A DNA stretch of 64,000 nucleotides from a virus (Duplodnaviria; Caudoviricetes), in the IMG/VR virus record IMGVR_UViG_3300037455_000462, positions 32,001-96,000 of that record. One strand, written 5' to 3'. Shown here piece after piece: positions 36,504 to 45,706 of the stretch (positions are counted from its first letter, which is position 1; every line of letters begins with the position of its first letter). The translations under genes were made by a program, and so were the position numbers. The notes below the pieces were generated by a model, which was given only the letters and a program-made list of their open reading frames with translations, searched no databases and was not told the DNA's origin.

Positions 36504-37055
36504 CTATTTTTCAACGTAGTTCAACTCAAACGATTCGTATGTCTTGAACATTCTGATTCCGTGGAAATCGTCCTGCTTCTTCAGCACGTTCTTCAACTCG
36601 GCGACACATTCCTCCGTTTTGGTATACTCTCGCCTTCTGACATAGTATTGCATATTTTCGATGCATTGGTTGCACTTGGCTACACAGTATTCCATCTCCT
36701 TCTTGAACCCGCCGATGAGGATGAACGGCTTGAACTCGTCCTTGCCGAAGTATTCGTCCGCTTCTTTTCCGTTTTTGAAATCGACATCACCGTTGTCGTC
36801 AAACACTGCGACATTCGTGTTCTTATAGGTGTTCATAAATTGCAGAACCGCGCTTCTGAACTTTCCGTTTTTGAGCAGGTTCACGAAATGGTAGTAATGG
36901 GTATCCTCGAATTCCTCGATTCCCTCGACCATTCCGTTGATGTAATTTTTGAACTTCAGCGCGATTGCAATGCGTTTCTGCGCTTCAAGTTTGTCGTGAT
37001 TGATTTCACGCCAACTTTTTTTCAACACATAAAAAATAAACTTGATTCTTTCCAT
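36504..37055 (-). CDS. hypothetical protein
   Basis: Start moved to MERIKF to avoid overlap. Confidence 0.6.
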   Translation of the reverse strand: MERIKFIFYVLKKSWREINHDKLEAQKRIAIALKFKNYINGMVEGIEEFEDTHYYHFVNLLKNGKFRSAVLQFMNTYKNTNVAVFDDNGDVDFKNGKEADEYFGKDEFKPFILIGGFKKEMEYCVAKCNQCIENMQYYVRRREYTKTEECVAELKNVLKKQDDFHGIRMFKTYESFELNYVEK

Positions 37056-37056
37056 A

Positions 37057-37677
37057 TCATTTCTTTTTGTAGATTTCCAAAAATTCATCAACACTGATAA
37101 CGTGCATAATGTTCTTTCTGTCCGCAACCATCTCATCATAAGTAAGTTGGGATTTTTCGGGGAACACCAAATCCTGCGGGTTGTCGTGGTATTCGATTAC
37201 ACAGCATCCGCAGTCGGTATCGACCGTGTTGAACTTGATGCCCTGCTTGTGGAGCATAGTTATCGCTTTCCACACGTCACCGTTCCAACCTCCGACCACT
37301 CTCGGCACAAGTTGAGCCTCGTAGTTGAGCGGTATGCAGTCGTGTACAACAATGCGACCGCCCTTGTTCAGATGTTTGAGGCTGTTGATAATGTCCCTGC
37401 CCGCGAATTCCTCCGTGTGCATACCGTCAACGAAAATGATGTCAAACTTCTGCTCGGTCTGCGCGAACAGTTCGTCAGAAGTCATACGCCAAGTGAGGCA
37501 AGGCGGAATCATATCCTCGTTCTTTATCAAGTCGTTGAACTCCGTGAACGGGTCAACACAATACTTTTCCTCACATTCAACGAACACAAAGCAGCGTCCG
37601 TCATCCAAGCCGATTTCGAGATAACTCTTGTAACCGTTTTGCTTGATAAGATAATTGATAATATCAGTATGTTTCAT
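37057..37677 (-). CDS. class I SAM-dependent methyltransferase (Methyltransf_24-like)
   Basis: YLEIG, VDP, FDIIFVDGMH, GGRIVVHD. Confidence 0.85.
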   Translation of the reverse strand: MKHTDIINYLIKQNGYKSYLEIGLDDGRCFVFVECEEKYCVDPFTEFNDLIKNEDMIPPCLTWRMTSDELFAQTEQKFDIIFVDGMHTEEFAGRDIINSLKHLNKGGRIVVHDCIPLNYEAQLVPRVVGGWNGDVWKAITMLHKQGIKFNTVDTDCGCCVIEYHDNPQDLVFPEKSQLTYDEMVADRKNIMHVISVDEFLEIYKKK

Positions 37678-37699
37678 AAGAAAAAAATTTTACAATAGA

Positions 37700-37711
37700 A
37701 TATAATAAAAA
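37700..37711 (-). promoter_or_regulatory. phage promoter-like motif TTTTTATTATAT
   Basis: Exact copy preceded by TTCGGATT. Confidence 0.6.
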
Positions 37712-37745
37712 AATCCGAAATAATCAAACACCTATGCACATTTCT

Positions 37746-37753
37746 TATAAATA
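37746..37753 (+). promoter_or_regulatory. late promoter TATAAATA
   Basis: Exact match 16 nt upstream of the ATG at 37770. Confidence 0.7.
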
Positions 37754-37769
37754 TTAAAAATATTCAGCG

Positions 37770-38690
37770 ATGAAAATATACACAGTCACAGAACTCACAA
37801 GAATACTTGAAGGAAAAGAGGGTATATGCAACGGTATGACCCTTGACGAGATTTCCGACAAATACGAGAATTTCAAGGGAAGCGACAAATCAATGCTCCG
37901 CTCAATCTTGCAACTCCTTTCCGATATGGAATACACGGAGAACTATCTTGACGTGCTTAACGAACTGCTTTCCGACAAGCGTGTCCGCAACATTATGAAA
38001 AAAGGATTCGGCGGTATTTGGGCTGATATGGACATAAGGGTTTCAACGGACACCACGGTTAGAACCGACATTGTAATCCCCACACAGAACGAGATTGATA
38101 TGACGAAGAGCCTCAAATGGGGTCTCACCAACCACGGGAACACAATCGAGCATATCCACAAGAAATACCCTATGCTCAAAGGCACGCCAATCGTGACGTT
38201 CAACGGCAAATACATCATTGACGGACATCACAGATGGTCGCAGATATACTGTATGAACAAGGTTCGTGACGGAGAGCCGACAAAGTTCGCCGCAATCAAT
38301 CTCGTGAACAAGGACGTTGACCCCATCGACATTCTGAAAATCACACAGACAACGATAGGAGTGGACTTGCACCCAGAGGAAATTGTGCCGCACGTCACAA
38401 CCGAAAACCCGAAGAACAACCTTCTGAACAAGGCGTGCAGCGAGGAAATCCTTAAAGAGTACATCGAAAACAAGATTTCTGACGATACTGTAAGCCGTAT
38501 GATTGAATACCACAAGAAAGACGGTCTGAAAGACAAAAACAGCGTCATCGGTTTCATACTGAAGAACTCGCTCGAAATGAAAGAGAACAACAACTGCATA
38601 GACGATGCCCCGAATCGCGGTGCTATGCCGCAGACCGATGCGGACAAAAACCTCTTCAACCACATCAAAAAGACATCCGACATATCATAG
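37770..38690 (+). CDS. ParB/Srx-like domain protein
   Basis: IPTQ.EI, PIV...YIIDGHHRW. Confidence 0.7.
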   Translation: MKIYTVTELTRILEGKEGICNGMTLDEISDKYENFKGSDKSMLRSILQLLSDMEYTENYLDVLNELLSDKRVRNIMKKGFGGIWADMDIRVSTDTTVRTDIVIPTQNEIDMTKSLKWGLTNHGNTIEHIHKKYPMLKGTPIVTFNGKYIIDGHHRWSQIYCMNKVRDGEPTKFAAINLVNKDVDPIDILKITQTTIGVDLHPEEIVPHVTTENPKNNLLNKACSEEILKEYIENKISDDTVSRMIEYHKKDGLKDKNSVIGFILKNSLEMKENNNCIDDAPNRGAMPQTDADKNLFNHIKKTSDIS

Positions 38691-38705
38691 AACACAACCG
38701 ATAAT

Positions 38706-39119
38706 ATGGAACACATAAAAGACTATAAGTCGTTTATCGGGGAAAAGATGAACATCGCCCCTATGACAAAGGACAGACTCGACAGAATAAGCAAGGGCGA
38801 GGGGCTGTTCTACGTGTACAAGGACACGGACGGCGAATCGGTCTATGTGAGCGATTTCCCGTTGAGATGGGACGGCATAGAGGGAATCGGAAAATATAGG
38901 GATTTCAACGATGCCGTGAAATCCATATCGAACTACGACACAGCGAACACGCTGTATTCCGCGAACATAGCGAATACAGTGATGGACACTTTCAAATACG
39001 ACACACTTGACAAGATATATGAAAACGGAATCCGACTGTTCGACCCGAAGAAAAAAGACTTCGAGTCAGCCGTCTTGCCGACAATAACCGATGTTGTGAG
39101 ATACATATTAAAACATTGA
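38706..39119 (+). CDS. tagged hypothetical protein (single copy of the domain triplicated in the next gene)
   Basis: FIGE|KMNIAPMTKDRL; LYS...MD.F.Y..L......FDP. Confidence 0.75.
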   Translation: MEHIKDYKSFIGEKMNIAPMTKDRLDRISKGEGLFYVYKDTDGESVYVSDFPLRWDGIEGIGKYRDFNDAVKSISNYDTANTLYSANIANTVMDTFKYDTLDKIYENGIRLFDPKKKDFESAVLPTITDVVRYILKH

Positions 39120-39125
39120 CGGAAT

Positions 39126-40490
39126 ATGCTGAATTACCAAGAATACATAAACGAAAAACTGAACATCGCGCCCGTCACAAAGGAAAGGCTTGACAAGATA
39201 ACGCACAGCATACGCGATGAGAAAAGCATCAAGATATACAAGAACAAATATACCGAACTGCTAATCAGCAGAGACAAAATAGACTCAACCGACTACAAAG
39301 AAATCGGTTCATTCGATACATTGAAAGACGCTATCCGCTTCAAGGGTGAAAACTACCAAAAGCAGACCGTACTGTATTCTATGTTCTTGGCTGTGGAATT
39401 GATGGATTTGTTCGGTTACAAAAAATTGGAAGAACTGTTCAGCGGTGGATTTGAACTTTTCGACCCGTCCTCGATATACAACAAAGGCGAATTGACAATA
39501 ATCATCGACACCACCGACTACTTCAATGCCATACAAGAATACAATAGGCTTGAGTTGTATAAAAAGATGCAGGAAGACGCTAAAAAAAGGATGCAGAAGA
39601 ATGAAAAGGAACAAATGATGAAAGACCTCTGCGGGAGGTTGTCATACAGCGTCACCGAAAAACTGAACATTTCCCCCGTTACAAAAGAAAGGCTGTCCAA
39701 ACTAACAGATAAATTACACAAAGACAACAAAATACGTTTGTATCAAAGCAAAGACAGAGAAATCATAGTCAGCGAAGAAATAATCGACTCAAGAAAATTC
39801 AGCGAGTTCAAGTCATTCAACAAAATAGAAGACGCGCTGACTTATTTGGATTCATACACAAAAGGCAAGACCACTCCCGTTGTGTATTCTATGCTAATGG
39901 CGGAAGAAATGAGGGACGCGCTCAATTACAAATCAATAAATGACTTGTTCGACAACGGATTTGTGATGTTTGACCCGCTGACAATAAACAACAATTATAT
40001 ATCCATTGTATGCACGGAGGAAGAATACATAAACGCTATGCTTTATTACACAATGAATAAACGCGACCTTAACGTCTCGGTAAAACAACCTATGGCAAAC
40101 GGTGGATTGTCGGAAAAACTGAACATAAAACCAATCACCAAAGACAGACTTGGACGATTGAAAGACAACCTCGGCATACACATCTACCAAGACCATTATG
40201 GCGAATGCCTCATAAGCAGGGAGGAAGTAAAAAACAGCAGATTCACAGAGGTGGCAAAGGTGAGCGATTTAAGCGATGTGCTAAATTGGATTGAGGAATA
40301 CGACCCTACCGCCGCCATATATTCAATACATTTGGTCAAAGACCTAATCGAAGAATTCGGATATTCATCTTTGGAAGACGCTTTTGAAAACTTTGCCGTT
40401 TCGTGTTTCGACCCGTCAGATGCGTCCGATGTGATAACGGTAATCGAAGATATGGAAAACTATGAACGTGCTATGAAGAACGCAAAATAA
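39126..40490 (+). CDS. three-module tagged protein (putative polyprotein)
   Basis: Tag at residues 10, 178 and 330, each followed by a homologous YS...Y..L...FDP domain. Confidence 0.8.
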   Translation: MLNYQEYINEKLNIAPVTKERLDKITHSIRDEKSIKIYKNKYTELLISRDKIDSTDYKEIGSFDTLKDAIRFKGENYQKQTVLYSMFLAVELMDLFGYKKLEELFSGGFELFDPSSIYNKGELTIIIDTTDYFNAIQEYNRLELYKKMQEDAKKRMQKNEKEQMMKDLCGRLSYSVTEKLNISPVTKERLSKLTDKLHKDNKIRLYQSKDREIIVSEEIIDSRKFSEFKSFNKIEDALTYLDSYTKGKTTPVVYSMLMAEEMRDALNYKSINDLFDNGFVMFDPLTINNNYISIVCTEEEYINAMLYYTMNKRDLNVSVKQPMANGGLSEKLNIKPITKDRLGRLKDNLGIHIYQDHYGECLISREEVKNSRFTEVAKVSDLSDVLNWIEEYDPTAAIYSIHLVKDLIEEFGYSSLEDAFENFAVSCFDPSDASDVITVIEDMENYERAMKNAK

Positions 40491-40495
40491 ACGGC

Positions 40496-41200
40496 TCATT
40501 TCAGACATATCCTCACATACAAATCATCCCGCACACCCTTATAGAAATATCCGAAACTCGGAATACGCAGATACATACCGTTGCGTAAACGCATAGGTGT
40601 CTTTATGTACCTTCCGACACCGTTCACCTTTATGTACATAATATCCCGTATATCGTTTTTTCTCATATAATAGTAATACACGAGAACGTATTTGCCATAA
40701 TGCTTCTTGAACGAAAAGTTTTTGTCGAGCGCGAATTTAACTGACAAAAACATATTGACGCGAAAACCGCCGACCTTTTTGCCCATACCTTCGTAGCACA
40801 CAACATCCCCTATGCAGATTTTCGGCGGAATGGTGACGGTCACGCTGTCGCCGTTGTCGTAGGTTATGGTTCTTATGCAGCCGTTAAAACCCTCTTCGAG
40901 CGTTATGACAACCTCGACACGGGTATCTTTTTCCGTCATCTTCGGTTCTTCCGACTTTTTGCGTTTCAATTCGGCACGCTCCTTGCGATGCTTGACACGA
41001 TATCCCTTGCAGATTCGGTTGTAGGCATCGACAATTTTCTTATACAGTTCCTCGTCACCGCCTTTGTCGGGGTGTTTGAACATCGACAGCACTCTGAACT
41101 GATGCTTGACTTCATTCAAGTCAGCATTGTCTTGTAATCCGAGAGTCTTGTAAGGGTTGTCGGAATCAACGAACACGCCGTTTATGTCACCGCCGCTCAT
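40496..41200 (-). CDS. dnaJ: DnaJ-domain co-chaperone (J domain plus DnaJ-C-like region)
   Basis: NPYKTLGL, HPDKGG, ITLEEGFNG. Confidence 0.85.
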   Translation of the reverse strand: MSGGDINGVFVDSDNPYKTLGLQDNADLNEVKHQFRVLSMFKHPDKGGDEELYKKIVDAYNRICKGYRVKHRKERAELKRKKSEEPKMTEKDTRVEVVITLEEGFNGCIRTITYDNGDSVTVTIPPKICIGDVVCYEGMGKKVGGFRVNMFLSVKFALDKNFSFKKHYGKYVLVYYYYMRKNDIRDIMYIKVNGVGRYIKTPMRLRNGMYLRIPSFGYFYKGVRDDLYVRICLK

Positions 41201-42051
41201 ATCGCACAAATATTTCTTTTCTTTTTGTACTGCATAAGGTTAAGCAACTCCATATACTTGTTGGTTATATCCCTATACAGTATCGCCGTCTTGGAAGGCT
41301 CTTTTCCGCAATACGATGTTGTCGAGACATTATCGCTGTTATAACCGACATAATAATAACCGATTGACGGTATGTATGTTTCCTCAAGCGAATGGGTTAT
41401 GAGGTCGTATGCCGAATCGTCCATTATCTCCGTGTCCTCGATAAAGGCATATCTCCTATCCCTAACAGTACCCTTTGAGAGAATCTTCGGGCAATCGCAG
41501 GAAAGGAACGGATGCGACCATCGGTAAACACCAAGAGGCTCTTGAAACGAAAAATACATATTCCCGAAATTCACACGTATAGTGTCGCCGCAGCGAACTC
41601 CCCCCATAAACTCACCCCTGCTTGAATATACATTGCCGTTGATGTAAAGGAAATTCGAATAGTTGGTCGAAATCATTTCCGTTGACGGGTACTGTATCTG
41701 CGCAAGCCGCATATAGCGCAGTATATTCTCCCCAATAAGGTCATCGTGGTCGAGAAAAAACACAAAGTCATCGTCTTGCCGACAATTTTTGAAACCGAGC
41801 ATTTTCATAGCCCCAGGGAAAGTGCGTTTCTCGGTCGCTCTGACAATCTTCATTTTCTGTAGTTTATGCCTAACACGCGAAAGCGATTCCACTTTGTCGA
41901 ACAGCGAAAGACATTCGTTCTCAAAGTAAGCGTCATCACTTGCATCGACAACAACAAACTCGAAATCGTCAAAGTCCTGGCAGAACACCGACATAAGCGT
42001 GGCGTACAGCAGGGGCATATTCCTATGGGTGGGCATCACTATCGAAATCAT
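41197..42051 (-). CDS. glycosyltransferase family 2 (GT-A)
   Basis: ISIVMPTH, SV..Q.F.DFE.VVVD.S, FLDHDD. Confidence 0.8.
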   Translation of the reverse strand: MISIVMPTHRNMPLLYATLMSVFCQDFDDFEFVVVDASDDAYFENECLSLFDKVESLSRVRHKLQKMKIVRATEKRTFPGAMKMLGFKNCRQDDDFVFFLDHDDLIGENILRYMRLAQIQYPSTEMISTNYSNFLYINGNVYSSRGEFMGGVRCGDTIRVNFGNMYFSFQEPLGVYRWSHPFLSCDCPKILSKGTVRDRRYAFIEDTEIMDDSAYDLITHSLEETYIPSIGYYYVGYNSDNVSTTSYCGKEPSKTAILYRDITNKYMELLNLMQYKKKRNICAI

Positions 42052-42052
42052 A

Positions 42053-43990
42053 TCAGAACAGTCTCTTCGGGCGTTTAACGGTTTTTTCTGTATAGACACG
42101 CTTCAAACCCTCTCCTTCAATGAGAGCCTTTTTGCGCAATGACGAATCACCGCCAAACCAAACATTGAGTTTCTCATCGCTTTTGTCGGTTATCTCGTAA
42201 TAGTACAGCCGTGGGTTCTTTATGATTTCCTCATACTCGGAATCCGTTAGGGCGGCAAGACCTTTCTTGTACGAAACGTCCCACTTGGAAGCATCGTTCT
42301 TTTTAAGCCAATCCTCCCACTCGTCATCGTAGTAGAAGTCTATGCGCTTACCCGTTTTCTTGTTTTTCGCTATAATCACGGGGGTTTCACAACGGGCGAT
42401 TCTGTGTTCCCTAAACAGTTCTGGCCACCATCTCTCAAACAGATTCACCAACAAACTCGCGCAACTTATGCCGTCCACATCGGCATCGCTGTAAATGTAT
42501 ATCTCTCCGTAGCGCAGGTTGTCCTCAACCAAGTTGCCGCTTTTGTCATAGACAAACGGGCTTTTGCCAAACTGCAAGCCGAGCGCACCAAGTATGCTCT
42601 TTATTTCCTCGTTGGCGATAGCCTTTGATTCGCTGACTTCCCTCACGTTCAATGATTTTCCTTTCAGCGGGAACGCGCCTTGCGTTTCGGGGTCGCGGTA
42701 TTTGCGGAAACCCGCCATAGGGCTGTCGCCCTCGCATAGCATAAGCGTGCATTTCCTGCGGTTCTTGCCTTTCGCCTCAACGAGTTTGTTTATCTTGACT
42801 TTCGCTATCTCCTTGTTGGCGTTGCGCACGGCGGCTCTGTCGTCCGCCTCCGCCTTTCTCGAAACCCAATCCATAATGGAGTTGGTGATTTCGGAATTGA
42901 ACACAGACTTCAAAGTCTTTTCCGTGACAGTGTGGCTTGTGCCGAAATTCCTCGCATCGGTTATGAGTTTCTCCTTTGTCTGCGAACTGTACGCTGGGTT
43001 CTCGACAGAGCAGGACACAAACACCCAAAGTTTGTTCTTGATGTCGCTCGGCTTCAAGTCAACCTTGTGGCGTTTCTTGATACGCTCGCGAAGATAACTC
43101 ACAACTTGGTCTGCTATATAGTTGACGTGCGTGCCGCCGTCCTTCGTTTCGGCAGAGTTTACAATCGAAATCTGCGTGAACGAGTCTGCGGGCGCGAAAC
43201 CCACTTCCCATCCTTTGCCTTTCTCGAATATCACGTTATCGCAGTACATACCGCAATATGCCTCGAATGACTTGAAAGCGAACAGTTTGCCGTTGAACTT
43301 GATTTTCAGATTCGGGTTGGTGGCGGCAGCGTCAATCACACGCTTCTGCATCATAAGCAGATGGTCTTCGTCAATGGATGAAATGCCAAATCTTTTCAAG
43401 TCGGGTTCAAATGTAATCTCCGTGTATTTCTTCTTGCTATCCTTGACTTTCGGCTTTGACTGTTTCGACATATTGTTCTCGAACACCTGCGCGAATTCCT
43501 TTTTGCCGTCAGCGGTCTTGACCGTGAACTTGGTGGAGAATATGTTTGTCAACGTAGCACCAAGCCCGTTTGTACCGACCCAATCCCTTTTTTCCGTGTC
43601 ATCGAAATTAGAGCCTGCGCGTAGTTTGGAAAATATGAGCGTTGGGACGTACATTTTCTCCGTCTTGTGCATCTCAACGGGAATACCTCCGTTGTCATAT
43701 ACTGTTATCGTGTTTTTCTTCGAGTCAACGGTTATGTTGATTGCGTTGAGTTTTCCGTTGCGCTTCGATTCGTCAACGGAGTTGCTGAATATCTCGTCAA
43801 AGAGTTTCAGCAGGGCGGGAACATAGCGGACGCAGCGTTCCGTGAACCTGCCGCTTTTCTCATCATACACCCATTCGGTAACGGGTTCGGTGAGAACGGT
43901 AGAACCGACATAGGTTCCAGGTCTCAAGAGGACGTGTTCGGTTTCCGTCAGACTCTTGTATTTTTCCTCAATGCTTTTCTGTTTTGCCAT
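42053..43990 (-). CDS. gp39: DNA topoisomerase II large subunit (gp39+gp60 fused; GyrB/ParE-like)
   Basis: HVLLRPGTYVGS, EIFSNSVD, G.NGLG, EGDS, PLKGK, DADVDG, KGL; ends KRLF. Confidence 0.93.
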   Translation of the reverse strand: MAKQKSIEEKYKSLTETEHVLLRPGTYVGSTVLTEPVTEWVYDEKSGRFTERCVRYVPALLKLFDEIFSNSVDESKRNGKLNAINITVDSKKNTITVYDNGGIPVEMHKTEKMYVPTLIFSKLRAGSNFDDTEKRDWVGTNGLGATLTNIFSTKFTVKTADGKKEFAQVFENNMSKQSKPKVKDSKKKYTEITFEPDLKRFGISSIDEDHLLMMQKRVIDAAATNPNLKIKFNGKLFAFKSFEAYCGMYCDNVIFEKGKGWEVGFAPADSFTQISIVNSAETKDGGTHVNYIADQVVSYLRERIKKRHKVDLKPSDIKNKLWVFVSCSVENPAYSSQTKEKLITDARNFGTSHTVTEKTLKSVFNSEITNSIMDWVSRKAEADDRAAVRNANKEIAKVKINKLVEAKGKNRRKCTLMLCEGDSPMAGFRKYRDPETQGAFPLKGKSLNVREVSESKAIANEEIKSILGALGLQFGKSPFVYDKSGNLVEDNLRYGEIYIYSDADVDGISCASLLVNLFERWWPELFREHRIARCETPVIIAKNKKTGKRIDFYYDDEWEDWLKKNDASKWDVSYKKGLAALTDSEYEEIIKNPRLYYYEITDKSDEKLNVWFGGDSSLRKKALIEGEGLKRVYTEKTVKRPKRLF

Positions 43991-44496
43991 TTTTCGTTTA
44001 CAACCTTTTTCAATAGTTCCAATGCTTCGCTGACCCTTATGCCCGCAGGAACGGATATACCGTCACACTTGCCGCGAGAGCCTACAAAGTATAGCCAAGC
44101 GGCTCTGCCCGAATTTATCTCACACGCACTCAAACTGTGGTTGGCATAATCGCAGGGCATTTTCAGCATATCCCTATTTATAGGGAGTTCAACGGTCAGC
44201 GTGTATATGTTGTAGCAATTGCGAGTTCCGTTTTCGTCAATATAGGAATCGTATGGTTCGCCCGCCTCTTCCTCGTATGGAGCGTCATCCCAATCGTCAC
44301 CCCACTGCTCGCGCATATCGGCGACAGTGAACCAAAGTTTCACGGCGACACCGCCGTGTTCGGATTCCTCATCGGGTTCGACACATTCCACATAGCACAG
44401 TTTTGTGTTGTGGTCTGTGTCGTAGGCTTCCGTGTCGGTCATAAACCATTCTCGGAATTTCTCATCCTCAAATTTGTCGGTCAAGTCAACTTTCAT
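43948..44496 (-). CDS. hypothetical protein
   Basis: 182-aa ORF with QWGDDWDDAPYE motif. Confidence 0.6.
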   Translation of the reverse strand: MKVDLTDKFEDEKFREWFMTDTEAYDTDHNTKLCYVECVEPDEESEHGGVAVKLWFTVADMREQWGDDWDDAPYEEEAGEPYDSYIDENGTRNCYNIYTLTVELPINRDMLKMPCDYANHSLSACEINSGRAAWLYFVGSRGKCDGISVPAGIRVSEALELLKKVVNEKWQNRKALRKNTRV

Positions 44497-44912
44497 AAAT
44501 CATTAGGGACTTTGCAATAAGTCGATGTGTATTTGATTATGTATATGGCATCAGCGTCCTTGTCATTGGTATCGTCAAGCATACCGATTGACGGGTTTTC
44601 ATAAACACGCACTTTTGTTATAGTGCCGTCCCTTTCAAACTCGACAATCTCAAACGGTTTCTTGTACTGACCGCAAACCATTTCGCTGTCGTACATCCGC
44701 TTTTCAGTACCCATAAACTTTTTCAAATTGGGCATAGGTCGGCAGGCGAGGTACGGGTTTTTGCACCGCATAATAATCTCGCCGAGATGCACGTCAAGAC
44801 TCATAACGCTCTCCGTCACCAAAAGGCGGTCAACCGCCGTCAAGTCTTCGGGCATCCTAACTTCAAAAAGGGAGTTAGCCCCTCTTGCGCAGTAATCATA
44901 AGTGTGTTCCAT
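44493..44912 (-). CDS. hypothetical protein
   Basis: 139-aa ORF, 4-bp overlap with next gene. Confidence 0.55.
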   Translation of the reverse strand: MEHTYDYCARGANSLFEVRMPEDLTAVDRLLVTESVMSLDVHLGEIIMRCKNPYLACRPMPNLKKFMGTEKRMYDSEMVCGQYKKPFEIVEFERDGTITKVRVYENPSIGMLDDTNDKDADAIYIIKYTSTYCKVPNDL

Positions 44913-44999
44913 TATGTATTGTTATCTTTTTCTTCGGATTTGTCATCGGATTCGCCGTCAGACAAAGCCTTTTCGTATCATCAATATATGCGTTATATA

Positions 45000-45617
45000 T
45001 CACTTGCCTATATTATCGGCTTCGTTGTAACCAATCAAACGCATAAGTCTGTCCTTATGCTGCTCTGTCTGCGGAGTACCCGAAAAGTTATAGTAGTTGA
45101 ACAGCAGTATTTTCACCTTGTCGGACACGGGCGCAGCCCAATCCGAATAGTACACCCTCGCGGTGAACGAGTTTACGCGGCTTCTGAAATACATCTTCAG
45201 TTCATCGGAAAAGTCGCTGAAACGGACATTCTCCCCGACCCAAATCGAAAACGAGTCGCGTATGAAGCGCGAAACGGTCGTTAGCCTCTGTTTTCCGTCA
45301 ATGACCTGCTTGACTTTCGAGCCGTCTTTGAACTCGTGTTCAACAACAACGAATTCCTCTATGGGTTTCTCCAACAATATGTTCTCGATGAACGATGTTC
45401 TTTGGCAGTCGTTCCAAACATAGTCGCGTTGCAGTTTTATTCCGTAGTCGGGCAGAAACACGTCAAAATCATAGCGTCTGTTGCGATAAGTGTAATTATC
45501 GTCCCGAAGGGCTTCAAACAGTCTGTTGTCAAGAACAACATTCTTGTTCATATCCACGGTTGAGGGAACGCCGTTCAGACCGCAGATTCGTTTCACATCT
45601 TCCAATTCAACTTTCAT
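45000..45617 (-). CDS. DUF262 (GmrS/ParB-like) domain protein
   Basis: QRDYVW, VIDGKQRLTT, F...N..GT. Confidence 0.8.
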   Translation of the reverse strand: MKVELEDVKRICGLNGVPSTVDMNKNVVLDNRLFEALRDDNYTYRNRRYDFDVFLPDYGIKLQRDYVWNDCQRTSFIENILLEKPIEEFVVVEHEFKDGSKVKQVIDGKQRLTTVSRFIRDSFSIWVGENVRFSDFSDELKMYFRSRVNSFTARVYYSDWAAPVSDKVKILLFNYYNFSGTPQTEQHKDRLMRLIGYNEADNIGK

Positions 45618-45639
45618 AGCAAAAAATCTTATTACGCCG

Positions 45640-45706
45640 CAAAGATACAAATTTTTTATATACACAAGATTTTTTTATACAAAAGTTATGAACAGATTTA
45701 TCAACA
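45640..45706 (-). promoter_or_regulatory. host-type promoter TATCTTTGC with upstream TGTTGATAA/TGTTCATAAC boxes
   Basis: Same architecture as 8405-8460 and 50387-50454. Confidence 0.6.
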
